Notes: generated from the letters alone by a model not told the origin. Positions 1 to 9,524 are shown, counted from the stretch's first letter. The stretch is 64,000 bases of DNA from Desulfobacterales bacterium (GCA_963668645.2 CAXXWC010000020.1:32001-96000); one strand, 5' to 3'. Translations and numbers: made by a program.

Positions 1-1
1 C

Positions 2-892
2 TTGTGCCGAAAAAGACTGCCCGCCGACTGGCAAGCCGCTTTCGGACATCCCGTGCTGTTGCTCGAAACCTTCGTCGATCCCGCGCGCTTCAAGGGAACC
101 ATCTATAAAGCCGACAACTGGACTGCGGTCGGAAACTCCAAAGGCTTTCATCGGCACGCCAAAGGATACAGCGACACGGCCGACTCACCCAAAATGGTTT
201 TTGTCAAACCGTTGCGCCCCGATGCGCAAACCCTCTTGTCACAGACCATGCTGCCACCGCTTTATCAAACAGGAGATCCTAAAATCATGCTGCCGGCTCA
301 ACACATGCAATCTTTGCCCCGATTTTTCGCCGACATCCCCGATCCGCGACGCCCCCAAGGCCGACGCCATCGTCTGGCAACCGTTTTGGCCATCGCCGCC
401 GCAGCAACCCTGTGTGGCATGCGCGGCTACCAGGCCATCTCCGATTGGGCCAACAGCCTCGGACAAAAAGCACGCCGGCGCTTCCAATGCCGCTACCGAA
501 ACGGCCACTACAGCGTGCCGAGTCTGTCGATCATCCGCGATGTGCTCATCCGGGTCGATCCGGCACGCCTCGACGACGCCCTGCAAAAATGGAACAGCAT
601 CCACGCCGGCTGCGACCAATGCCTGGCCATCGATGGCAAAACCATGTGCAACGCCATTGACGATCAAGGCTATCAGACCCACATCATGAGCGTTGTCGGC
701 CATACCACCAGTGCCTGCTACACCCAAAAAAAGTCGGCAACCTGGCCGTAGACGACCAAAAGGTCAAGCGCACCAACGAAATCAAGACCGCCCAGCCCCT
801 GCTCGATGCCATCAAGATCGAAAACAAAGACATCACCGCCGATGCCCTGCTGACACAGAGAAAGTTCGCCGAATACATCGTCGAGCAGCGTG
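2..892 (+). pseudogene. ISAs1-type transposase, 5' part (DUF4338/DruA-like domain + DDE-associated domain), -1 frameshift at 727-733
   Basis: Motifs LETFVDPARFKGTIYKADNW, DPRRPQGRRH and AIDGKT. After A-AAA-AAG the -1 frame reads KVGNLAVDDQKVKRTNEIKTAQPLLDAIKIENKDITADALLTQR, up to the IS21 insertion. Confidence 0.85.
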
Positions 893-952
893 TGTCAATG
901 GGAATGAAAAGTGTACCAGTTATGGGAAAATAAAAGTGTACCACCGCGCTGG

Positions 953-1738
953 TTAATTCCGTGCCTCCTGGGCCGCTGCCGGCGGAACCGGGTGGCGTCC
1001 GAACTCGTTCTTTGAAAAATTGTGTTTCCTGAGCCGATAGCTGTGTCCTTTGATGTTGACCACGCGGCAGTGGTGCAGCAGCCGGTCGAGAATGGCCGTG
1101 GCGATCACCTGGTCGCCGAACAGTTCCTTCCAGTCGATAAAGCTCTTGTTCGAGGTAATGATCGTCGAGCTGCGCTCGTAGCGATGGGAGACGAACTGGA
1201 AGAACAGATACGCCTCCCGGCTGTCGATGGGCAGATAGCCCACCTCGTCGACCACCACCAGCGGCGAGGTCAGATAGGCCTTGTGCCGGGACTGCGATTC
1301 CTTGAGCTTGCGCATCAGCGTGTCCATCGTGGTGAAATAGACCTTGAAACCGTGATGGCACGCTTTGGTCGCCAGCGAGATGGCCAGATGGGTTTTACCC
1401 ACCCCCGGCGGCCCGAGAAAGATCACATTTTCATGCTTGGCGATAAAGTCCAAATCGAACAGGGTCATCACCTCCTTTTTGTTCAGATCCGGATGGAAAG
1501 TAAAGTCGTAGGCGTCGATGGTTTTGGCGGCCGGCAAGCCGGCGGTTTTCATGGCGGTTTGCACCCGGCGCTTTTCCTTGGCCGCGACTTCCTCCTCCAG
1601 CAGGTGGTCGAGGAACGACAGGTACGAGCCCTTTTCGGCCTCGGCCTGGGAGAGGACCGAGTCCAGAACATCAGCCGCCTGGGTGAGCTTGAGCCGCTGC
1701 AGATTGTCCCGCAGACGGTCGCTAATCAGCTGGTCCAT
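953..1738 (-). CDS. istB: IS21 helper ATPase IstB
   Basis: Walker A GPPGVGKT, Walker B VVDEVGY, AILDRLLHH; overlaps the end of istA. Confidence 0.95.
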   Translation of the reverse strand: MDQLISDRLRDNLQRLKLTQAADVLDSVLSQAEAEKGSYLSFLDHLLEEEVAAKEKRRVQTAMKTAGLPAAKTIDAYDFTFHPDLNKKEVMTLFDLDFIAKHENVIFLGPPGVGKTHLAISLATKACHHGFKVYFTTMDTLMRKLKESQSRHKAYLTSPLVVVDEVGYLPIDSREAYLFFQFVSHRYERSSTIITSNKSFIDWKELFGDQVIATAILDRLLHHCRVVNIKGHSYRLRKHNFSKNEFGRHPVPPAAAQEARN

Positions 1739-3000
1739 ACCCCGCCTCCTTTCTGGGCAAACTGTTCATACTCGGACAGCGGCCGACAGGCTACCTGGGG
1801 AAAGAGACTGGCGTTGACTAGGCCGCGGGTGGCTTTGCCCTTGGGGCGGCCGTAGGGCGGCTGACAGGGCTGTTCGCGGCGCAGATCGAGGATCTGCTTG
1901 ATGATGGCCGGATCGGTCATCCATCGGCCCTTTTCATCGCTCTGGGCATAGGTCTTGAGCAGCCGGTCGTCGTCGTAAATCCGCACGGCGCCGTCTTTGA
2001 TCTTCAACAACACTTTCTTGCCCACCGCTTCCGGAGGGACTTGGTAGCGGCTGGCGTTGTAGGAGACCATGCAGTCCTTGTAGACCTTGCGATAGACCTT
2101 GATGGCGGTGTCGTAGTCGGGCATGACCGGGCTGAGGCTCTTGACCTCCTGCTGCCAGCGCATGTCCACCGGCTGGCGGTGGGTGCCGTGTGTGCGCCGG
2201 TTGGCCGTCTGGGAAAGCCACTGTAGAAGATCGTGGTTGGCCGCCTCCAGGCTGGTAAAGCGGTAGCCTCTCCAGAAGGCTTCGCGGATGTAGTCCATCG
2301 GCCGTTCCACCTTTCCCTTGACCCAGGGGCTGTAAGGCGCACAGAGGATCGGCTTGAAACCGTAGTGGTTGGCAAAATGCGTAAACTCGACGTTGATGAC
2401 CGGCTTTGCGTTCTGACGGCCGGAAAAGACGTTGCGCATGTTGTCGTAGAGCAGCTCGAAAGGCACACCGCACAGGTATTTAAAGGCGTGTATGTGGGCA
2501 TCCATGAATGCTTGGAGGGTGCATTGGCTGACGAATTCGGCATACATGGCGCGCGAAAAGCCTAATACGAGGACAAAGAGGTAAAGCGTCAGATCCACGG
2601 CGCCGGCCGCACTGACCTTGAAATCGCCCCAATCGACCTGCCCCTGGAGCCCGGGCACGGTCTCGAAGCGCAGGTAGGCCTGGCGCCGGTTGCGGGCTTT
2701 GATGGATCGCACAAACGGCTTGACCGTATCGTAGCTGCCTGAATATCCAAGATCTTTGATCCTCTGGAAGATCCAGGCAGCCCGATAGTCATCTTGGGCC
2801 AGCCAGTCTTCAATCATCTGGTAGAACGGCGCCAGGATCGACTCCCTTTTGCTGGTTTTTGAGTACTCCGGCGCCTGGGGCTGAGAGATATACTTTTTTA
2901 CCGTGTCGCGGTGAATGCCAAGCTTTCGCGAGATGGCTCGCTGAGACAACCCTTGGCGGTAATAGGAAAGAATGTCCATGAAGACCTCCCTTGCGATCAT
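1726..3000 (-). CDS. istA: IS21 transposase IstA
   Basis: N-terminal HTH; DDE residues in QVDWG, LYDNM and KGKVER; AGGAGG RBS. Confidence 0.95.
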   Translation of the reverse strand: MIAREVFMDILSYYRQGLSQRAISRKLGIHRDTVKKYISQPQAPEYSKTSKRESILAPFYQMIEDWLAQDDYRAAWIFQRIKDLGYSGSYDTVKPFVRSIKARNRRQAYLRFETVPGLQGQVDWGDFKVSAAGAVDLTLYLFVLVLGFSRAMYAEFVSQCTLQAFMDAHIHAFKYLCGVPFELLYDNMRNVFSGRQNAKPVINVEFTHFANHYGFKPILCAPYSPWVKGKVERPMDYIREAFWRGYRFTSLEAANHDLLQWLSQTANRRTHGTHRQPVDMRWQQEVKSLSPVMPDYDTAIKVYRKVYKDCMVSYNASRYQVPPEAVGKKVLLKIKDGAVRIYDDDRLLKTYAQSDEKGRWMTDPAIIKQILDLRREQPCQPPYGRPKGKATRGLVNASLFPQVACRPLSEYEQFAQKGGGVWTS

Positions 3001-3101
3001 GGCGAAGCCCTCCTTTCTTGGAGGGTCCTACCATGATCCGGCCACGGAGGTGGTACACTTTTCATTCCCTTTTTTGGTACATTTTTGCATTACCAGTGAC
3101 A

Positions 3102-3675
3102 GCGTGGCGCCCACTACCACTTCACCGTCAAAAACAACCAGCCCGGACTGTTCGACGACATCGGTCTGTACTTCAAAGACCGCGGCCAACCCGATTTCAT
3201 CCTTTGCGACCCGCCCGACCACGGCCGCATCGAAGAGCGCAAGATCTGGACCACCACCGAACTCAACAAGTTTCTCGACTTTCCTCACGTCCAACAAGCT
3301 TTTGTCATCGAACGCCGATGCACGGACAAAAAAAGCGGCAAACAATCATTTGAGATTGCTTACGGTATCACCAGTAGACCTGCCGAGCAGGCCGACGCCC
3401 GATGCCTGCTGGCCATAAACCGCGGCCATTGGTGCATCGAAAACAAATGCCATTACATCATCGACTGGAACTTCGACGAAGACCGCAGCCGTATCCGCAA
3501 AGGCCACGAGCCTGAAAATATCACCCGGTTGCGCCGTTTTGCCGTAAGCGCAATTAAATCCAAAGGTGTGCGCAGCGTGGCGCAAAAAATGCGCCAACTG
3601 GCTCGCAACGTCCGCTTGGTCTTCGACTATCTGGCCATGACTGACAACTGCCGGCCGACCGCAACACGGGCATAG
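3102..3675 (+). pseudogene. ISAs1-type transposase, 3' part
   Basis: Open frame with HFTVKNNQ, DHGRIEER and RGHWCIENKCHYIIDWNFDED, ending at TAG 3673-3675. Confidence 0.85.
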
Positions 3676-3855
3676 AACAAATTCACCGTGGGAGAAAATG
3701 AGTTCCTGATTAATCATAAAACGTATTTTTTACATTTTAGGAGAAAGGCTTGAGGTTCTATGCAATTAAGTAATTACCCATTATTACAGAACAATCCACA
3801 CTTCGAATGGACAAACATGGGGGTTTGATCTTGCCCCGAAAAAGTGGACACGAGG

Positions 3856-4719
3856 TTAAGCCGCAAGTAGGAAACCCTCATATTCTTGCGGGATTGCGTA
3901 ATCAATCGATAAGTGGCGTCTTTTTCGGTTGTAGAAGACCTCTATGTAATAAAATAGGCTTTGGATCGCTTCCGACCGGCTGTGGTACCGTTCGTGGTTG
4001 ACCCATTCCATCTTAAGGCGGCCAAAGAAGCTTTCCGCCACGGCATTGTCATGGCAGTTGCCTTTACGGCTCATGCTGCAGACCATGCCACGCTCTTTGA
4101 GAATCTTTTGATAATCGGCCGAAGCGTACTGGCTACCGCGGTCCGTATGATGTAGCAGCCCTTGTTCCGGCTGCCGCTTACCAAGAGCCATTTCCAGGGC
4201 ATCAATGGCCAGTTGCCGTGTCATTCGGATAGCAGCGGACCAACCGACGACTTCGCGGTTGTACAAATCCAACAGCACGGCCAGGTACAGCCAGCCCTCG
4301 TCGGTCCAGATGTAGGTTATGTCGCCGACCCATGCGGTGTCGGGAGCCTTTGCGTTGAAGTCCCGGTCAAGTAAATTCTGTGCAACTGGTAGATTATGCC
4401 GAGAGTTCGTCGTTGCCTTGAACTTCTTTCTCGTCCGAGATCGGATACCGGCATTTCGCATGATACGGGCGACACGGTTTTTCTCGCAACGTACGCCGTC
4501 ATCGTTCAGATCCTGGTGGATCCGCGGCGCTCCGTAGATACCGTGACTGTTTGCATGTGAGAGTCGGATTCGATTCTCCAGAACCCGGTTTTCACGGCTC
4601 CGGCGGCTCTCTGGACGCTTTTTCCAGGCATAGAAGCCGGATCGGGAGACGTTTAGCAACTTGCACATGCGGCCTACAGTGAACGTCTCCACGTGTTCAG
4701 AGATGAATCGAAATTTCAT
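3856..4719 (-). CDS. IS3 transposase OrfB (rve integrase core)
   Basis: DDE motif in WVGDITY, HTDRGSQY and DNAVAESFF. Confidence 0.92.
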   Translation of the reverse strand: MKFRFISEHVETFTVGRMCKLLNVSRSGFYAWKKRPESRRSRENRVLENRIRLSHANSHGIYGAPRIHQDLNDDGVRCEKNRVARIMRNAGIRSRTRKKFKATTNSRHNLPVAQNLLDRDFNAKAPDTAWVGDITYIWTDEGWLYLAVLLDLYNREVVGWSAAIRMTRQLAIDALEMALGKRQPEQGLLHHTDRGSQYASADYQKILKERGMVCSMSRKGNCHDNAVAESFFGRLKMEWVNHERYHSRSEAIQSLFYYIEVFYNRKRRHLSIDYAIPQEYEGFLLAA

Positions 4720-5015
4720 TTCTGATCCTCCGCAAAGTAGGCCAGCGCTTTTTTTAGGATGTCACGCTCCTGTTTGACGCGATCCAGCTCACGGCGGAGG
4801 TTACGCATTTCCTCGTCCGGAGCGGCAAGCTTTCCTTTACCAGGAAAAGCGTGCAGGGGTTCTTTAGCCAGTTCTGACTTCCAGCGTCGTAACACGCTGT
4901 ATTCTATACCGAGATTCCGCGAGGCCTCAGCAATGCTGTATCCCTTTTGGGTAATCAGGTTCACAGCCTCGACCTTGAATTCTCGTGAGTAGTTCTTTCT
5001 CTTTTTCTGTGCCAT
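4716..5015 (-). CDS. IS3 transposase OrfA (HTH)
   Basis: MAQKKRKNYSREFKVEAV... with GGAGGTG RBS; A7G slippery run at 4748-4755; ATGA overlap with orfB. Confidence 0.9.
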   Translation of the reverse strand: MAQKKRKNYSREFKVEAVNLITQKGYSIAEASRNLGIEYSVLRRWKSELAKEPLHAFPGKGKLAAPDEEMRNLRRELDRVKQERDILKKALAYFAEDQK

Positions 5016-5148
5016 TGGAACACCTCCTGGCGCCCGTATACATTGGGCTTTTCGAGGTTTCCACCAATTTGGGGGAAGATCACAACCACAACAAGGGCAA
5101 TACTTAATATGCCGCATCGGCCCACATTAAACCGATGGAGGAACGACA

Positions 5149-5379
5149 ATGCCCAATATTACGCTCAGCGTTGACGAGGAAACGATCAAGAAGGTGCGTA
5201 AAATCGCCATCAACAGGGGTACAACACTTTCCGCCATGATCCGAGCGTACTTGGCAGAAGTCGCTAATCAAGATCAGCAGAAAAAGGGTGAAGCACTGCG
5301 GATGCTGGAAGAATCGTTTCGCAAGCACAGCACCGATCGAGGCTCCAGGCGATGGAAACGGGAGGGCTTGTATGGCTAA
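5149..5379 (+). CDS. Ribbon-helix-helix (DUF6364/CopG-like) antitoxin-type protein
   Basis: MPNITLSVDEETIKKVR..TTLSAMIRAYL RHH pattern; C-terminal WKREGLY; GGAGG RBS. Confidence 0.7.
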   Translation: MPNITLSVDEETIKKVRKIAINRGTTLSAMIRAYLAEVANQDQQKKGEALRMLEESFRKHSTDRGSRRWKREGLYG

Positions 5380-5553
5380 ATGCTACTGGTATGCACTGCT
5401 CGGTACCGCTGCAAAACGCTCCGGTCCTTTCAGGTTCTTTTATCCATCCGATTTCTCGCACTTTTAAATTGCATGGCAAGATCCGATATCCCTATGGTAT
5501 GAGAAGGTATTCTTCGTCTTAGGCGAAGTAACTGAAAGAACCAGGGGGCAATC

Positions 5554-5772
5554 ATGCCATGGACTGCGGTTTTTAAAAAGGTTTCTACCGGTTACGTTGC
5601 GTTCGTCGCAGAGCTTCCAGGTGCCAACACCCAGGGACGCACCATCGATGAAGCCAGGGAGAATCTGCGCGAGGCGATCGAACTGACGCTTGAGGCCAAT
5701 CGCTTGCTGGCCGAAGAAATTTATGCCGGGGAGCCGGTAGTCAAAGAGCCCCTGGAATTTATACCGGCATGA
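5554..5772 (+). CDS. hicB: HicB-family antitoxin (short form)
   Basis: GYVAFVAELPGANTQGRTIDEARENLREAIEL. Confidence 0.85.
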   Translation: MPWTAVFKKVSTGYVAFVAELPGANTQGRTIDEARENLREAIELTLEANRLLAEEIYAGEPVVKEPLEFIPA

Positions 5773-5954
5773 AGCGGATCGACCTCATCCGCCATCTGGA
5801 ACGCCAGGGGTGTGAGTTTCTCAGAGAAGGTGCAAATCATACCGTGTACGTCAACCGGTCCAGGCGCAAGGTATCCACGGTGCCTCAACACCGTGAGCTT
5901 GACGAATTTCTCGTCTCCAAGATTTGCCGAGACCTTGAAGTTGATCGACCGTGA
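5769..5954 (+). CDS. hicA: HicA-family mRNA interferase toxin
   Basis: LIRHLERQGCEFLREGANHTVY..VPQHRE; ATGA overlap with hicB. Confidence 0.85.
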   Translation: MKRIDLIRHLERQGCEFLREGANHTVYVNRSRRKVSTVPQHRELDEFLVSKICRDLEVDRP

Positions 5955-6032
5955 CATTGCCAAATCCGGCAACACCACCAGGGTTTGCCTGGCAGCCCGG
6001 GTCCCCTCCCCCGGAAACCCGGGCCGCTCAGC

Positions 6033-7094
6033 CTACAGCTTGCCGCGTTCCACAGCGATATTGATATAAGTTTCCATCCCGCTCTTGGGCGGCACGTAGA
6101 TGGCCTCTTCGGGCTTGCGCGCCAGGGACATGGCTTCGGTGGGGCAGGTGGTCACGCACAGGCCGCAGCCGATGCAGCGGTCCAGGTCGATCACCGCCAC
6201 GTCCTCCGGCACGGCAATGGCCTCCATCTGGCAGCGCTCGACGCAGGTTTCACACCCGGTGCACAAGTCCTCATCCACCATGGCGAAATAGTTGCTCTGG
6301 ACCGCCTCAGCCGGCTTGGGCTGGAGCTTGAGCGAACGCAGCACCCCGCAGCAGTCGCCGCAGCACGAGCACATCCCGCCCACCTTCTGGGAGTTGAAGG
6401 GCTGCATCACCAGCCCGGCGGCCTCGCTTTTGCGGGCCACTTCCTTGGCTTCGTCCACCGTGATGTAGCGGCCCATGCCGTTTTCCACGTAGTAATCGGC
6501 ATGGGAGCCGAAGACCATGCAGGCCTCCAGCGGCTTGCCGCAGCCGCGGTCGTTGAGCTGGGCCATCTTGCGGCAGATGCATTCGGCCAGGGCGATGGTC
6601 TTCTGGTTATCCAAAATGTCGAGCACGTCGTCGTAAGGGGCCACGGGCCACCTGGCCACCAATGTCCGGTTGACCGGCACGGTGCGCATCACCGGGGTCT
6701 TGTTGGCCTGGATGGTGCGCCCGAAGGCGAGTTGGTAGTACTCTTCCATGTCGCGGGCCGTTTCGGCGTCGATATGCGGCAGCTGGAACTCGAAGATCCC
6801 CACCACGTAAGGGATGGCGGCGTACTTGACCGCAGCGGGGCGCCGCAGCCGGAAAAGAAGCCCTTTTTTGGCCATGGCCTCCATCTGATCGGCCACATCG
6901 GCCTCGGGCCGGTTCAAACGCTCCGCCACCTGGGCCGGGGTTTCGAGCAGGGGGGTCATCTCCAGAAAAAATTCGGCCTCCTCAAGCGAGAAAAGCCGCT
7001 GCAGAATTCGCCGCTCCACCTTCTGCTCGGTTTCGGGAAAACCGGTGGCCAGATCGTCCAGGCGCTGGCGCAACCTTTCATAGACGTCATTCAT
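6033..7094 (-). CDS. 4Fe-4S dicluster domain protein with N-terminal HTH-like region
   Basis: CTGCETCVERC and CIGCGLCVTTCP ferredoxin motifs, plus CICR and CSCCGDCC clusters; start MNDVYE with AGGAG RBS. Confidence 0.85.
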   Translation of the reverse strand: MNDVYERLRQRLDDLATGFPETEQKVERRILQRLFSLEEAEFFLEMTPLLETPAQVAERLNRPEADVADQMEAMAKKGLLFRLRRPAAVKYAAIPYVVGIFEFQLPHIDAETARDMEEYYQLAFGRTIQANKTPVMRTVPVNRTLVARWPVAPYDDVLDILDNQKTIALAECICRKMAQLNDRGCGKPLEACMVFGSHADYYVENGMGRYITVDEAKEVARKSEAAGLVMQPFNSQKVGGMCSCCGDCCGVLRSLKLQPKPAEAVQSNYFAMVDEDLCTGCETCVERCQMEAIAVPEDVAVIDLDRCIGCGLCVTTCPTEAMSLARKPEEAIYVPPKSGMETYINIAVERGKL

Positions 7095-7149
7095 GGTGTT
7101 TCTCCTGTCTGGGTATAGGGCTCTATGCCGGCCCATACACCGGTGCGTT

Positions 7150-8214
7150 TCAGATCCGCCCCCCGGCGATTACCCCGGCGGCCCGGTGCTCCAGGGCCGC
7201 TACGGCAAAGGCGAGCATGGCAAACCGCTTGTCCCGGGTTTGACCGTGAAAGTACCGATAATAGATCTGCTGGGCGATTACCGCCAGCCGGAAAAGGCCG
7301 AAGGTATAATAGAAAACCATATCCTCGATACGGTGTCCAGAGCGCCGGGCATATTCGGCCACCAGCTCGGCCCGGGTCAGGGCGCCGGGAATGTGGGTGG
7401 GCATCATGCGCAGGGCCTGCATTTCCTCACTGTCGCCGGCCTCCACCCAGTAGGCCAGGCTGTTGCCCAGGTCCATGAGCGGATCGCCCACGGTGGCCAT
7501 TTCCCAGTCCAGAATGCCGATGATGCGCACCGGATCGGCCGGATCGAGAACGGCGTTATCCAGCCGGAAATCGTTGTGCACCAGCCCCGGCCGGGGGCTG
7601 TCGGCCGGTTGATGATCGGCGAGCCAGGCCATGACGGCCTCGAAATCCGGCACATCCTCGGTGCGCGCGGCCCGGTAGCGTCCGGACCAGCCCTCCACCT
7701 GGCGCCGGACATAGCCTTCCGGTCGCCCCAGATCCGCCAGGCCCGTTGCATTGTAGTCGATGGCGTGCAGTTCGTGGTGCACCGCCAGAAGATTGGTGCA
7801 CAGGACCCGGGCCCGGTCCGGGGTGTAGTCGAGCCCCCGGGGCAGGTCCTTTCTTAAGATGATCCCCCGGATGCGCTCCATCACGTAAAAAGGAGCGTCC
7901 ATCACCTCGGGGTCCTCGCAAAAGGCCAACGCCTCGGGCACGTAAGGATAGACCGGCTTTAGGGCCTTTATGATCCGGTATTCGCGGCCCATGTCGTGGG
8001 CCGTGGCCGCCTTGGTGCCGAAGGGCGGCCGGCGCAGGACCAGTTCCTTGTGGCCCACGGTGACCAGATAGGTCAGGTTGGAATAGCCGCCGGGAAACTG
8101 GCGCACGGTCACTTTTCCGCGCAGGCCGAGGGTCCGCTCCAGATAGGCGCCGATCCTGCCGGCATCCAGTTCCTCGCCCTCGCGCACGGGAAGGGCCGGA
8201 TCGATGACATCCAT
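7150..8214 (-). CDS. APH-family phosphotransferase (ACAD10/11 kinase-domain / LvaA-like)
   Basis: LRRPP, AHDMGREY, FYVMERIRG, HNDFRLDN, LDWEMATVGDP. Confidence 0.9.
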   Translation of the reverse strand: MDVIDPALPVREGEELDAGRIGAYLERTLGLRGKVTVRQFPGGYSNLTYLVTVGHKELVLRRPPFGTKAATAHDMGREYRIIKALKPVYPYVPEALAFCEDPEVMDAPFYVMERIRGIILRKDLPRGLDYTPDRARVLCTNLLAVHHELHAIDYNATGLADLGRPEGYVRRQVEGWSGRYRAARTEDVPDFEAVMAWLADHQPADSPRPGLVHNDFRLDNAVLDPADPVRIIGILDWEMATVGDPLMDLGNSLAYWVEAGDSEEMQALRMMPTHIPGALTRAELVAEYARRSGHRIEDMVFYYTFGLFRLAVIAQQIYYRYFHGQTRDKRFAMLAFAVAALEHRAAGVIAGGRI

Positions 8215-8241
8215 TGAGCCTCCTTGTGGTGTCCGGCGGGC

Positions 8242-8820
8242 TCAGGCCCGCGCGAGTTGAATCAGGAAATTGGGTCCCAGGTCGTCCAGGCGGACCCGGG
8301 AAAATCCCCAGGGTGCCAGCAAAGCGGCGATCTCGCCGGCCGACTGGCGCTGTTCGATGGGCGGCCCCCAGGGCTGGTCCTCTTTTTTGAAGCTGATCAG
8401 CGCCAGCCGGCCTTCGGGCTTCAGCACCCGGTGCACCTCGCCGAAGATCCGCGCGCCGTCTCTTTTCAGATTCAGCACGTGCCATACGGTGGCCAGCAGG
8501 CAGATATCCACCGATGCATCGCGCAGCGGCAGGCCGCGGCGCAGGTCACCCAACAGGGGGCAAAGATTGGCGATGCGCCGCAGGGCCGCCTCGGTCATCA
8601 TCGACCGGAGCACCGGCATCCACGTGTCCAGGGCATAGACCCGCCCGCCGGCGCCGGCCCTGGCCGCCGCTTCCAGGGCGTAGTCGCCCGGACCGCAGCC
8701 CAGATCGAGAAAGACATCCGCCGGCCCGAGCCCCAGGGCGTCGAAAACCAGGGCCGGATCCTGCATCCCGAAGCTGCTCGGACCGTGGCGCGGGGTCTTT
8801 CTCGGGTCGGCGGCCGGCAT
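8242..8820 (-). CDS. Class I SAM-dependent methyltransferase
   Basis: FLDLGCGPG, ASVDICLL, RVLKPEGRL; start overlaps the TetR stop (TGATG). Confidence 0.8.
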   Translation of the reverse strand: MPAADPRKTPRHGPSSFGMQDPALVFDALGLGPADVFLDLGCGPGDYALEAAARAGAGGRVYALDTWMPVLRSMMTEAALRRIANLCPLLGDLRRGLPLRDASVDICLLATVWHVLNLKRDGARIFGEVHRVLKPEGRLALISFKKEDQPWGPPIEQRQSAGEIAALLAPWGFSRVRLDDLGPNFLIQLARA

Positions 8821-9524
8821 CAGCCACCCTCCTGCCCGGGGCCGGGCTGGAAGTTTTCCATCAGGGCCAGGACCGCATCGGCGTACCGGTCTACCGTGAT
8901 CTTGCGCCCGGCATGCTTCCAGCGCTTGAGATACCAGTCCTGCAGCATGGCCTTGAGCAGGCCCGCGGCCAGACGAAAATCGCGCTTGGCAATGGCCCCG
9001 GCTTCGGCCGTGGCCTGCAAGAGGTCCTCGAAGAGCTTTTCCGTGGCCAGCTCGCCTTCCATGGTGAGGCGCCGCTCGGCCGGCGGCAGGTGGCGTGCCT
9101 CCATGTAGGCGAAAAAAAACCACGGCTGCATGGCTTCGCTCAGATAGAGGTGGGCCCGCACCCCGGCGCGCAGCCGTTCCACAGGATCGGCGATGCCCTC
9201 CAGGCTCTGTTCCAGAACACGCCGGGTAACGGCGCGGCGCTGGTCCTGGAGCATGGCCAGCAGGTCCTCCTTGCCGGGAAAATAGGCGTAGAGGGCCCCC
9301 ATGCTCATGCCGGTCTCGGCGCTCAGGTCCCGCATGGTCATGGCCGCGAACCCCTTCTGGTTGCCGATCTTGAGGGCCGCAGCGAAGATCCGCTCCAGGT
9401 TGCGCACCACGGTGGCTTCCTTCTTGACGCGGATCGCCCCGGGGTGGCGCGCGAAGACCTCGCGGCACAGCTCGGCCTTGGAAAGATCGACCATCTTTTT
9501 AAATTCGCGGTAGGTCATGGGCAT
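8820..9524 (-). CDS. TetR/AcrR-family transcriptional regulator
   Basis: GFAAMTMRDLSAETGMSMGALYAYFPGKEDLL HTH. Confidence 0.92.
   Translation of the reverse strand: MPMTYREFKKMVDLSKAELCREVFARHPGAIRVKKEATVVRNLERIFAAALKIGNQKGFAAMTMRDLSAETGMSMGALYAYFPGKEDLLAMLQDQRRAVTRRVLEQSLEGIADPVERLRAGVRAHLYLSEAMQPWFFFAYMEARHLPPAERRLTMEGELATEKLFEDLLQATAEAGAIAKRDFRLAAGLLKAMLQDWYLKRWKHAGRKITVDRYADAVLALMENFQPGPGQEGG

Larger units (their letters stand above)
893..3101 (-). mobile_element. IS21-family insertion sequence, complete (2209 bp)
   Basis: TGTCA...TGACA termini with repeated AAAAGTGTACCA-like boxes at both ends. Flanked by the direct repeat GCGTG (888-892 and 3102-3106). Carries istA and istB. Confidence 0.95.
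1..3690 (+). mobile_element. ISAs1-family insertion sequence (left end outside window), interrupted by IS21
   Basis: Transposase pieces at 2-892 and 3102-3675 rejoin in frame (..EQR|GAHYHFTVKNNQ..). The probable right end TAGAACAAATTCACCGTG (3673-3690) is followed by an abrupt AT-rich shift. Confidence 0.8.
3826..5082 (-). mobile_element. IS3-family insertion sequence (1257 bp)
   Basis: Imperfect terminal IRs TGATCTTGCCCCGAAAAAGTGGACAC / TGATCTTCCCCCAAATTGGTGGAAAC; orfA and orfB present; no flanking direct repeat. Confidence 0.92.

Noticed and set aside
2..330. Druantia defence system
   Set aside because: Only a DUF4338-like domain fused to a transposase is present; no DruE helicase or other dru genes are in view.
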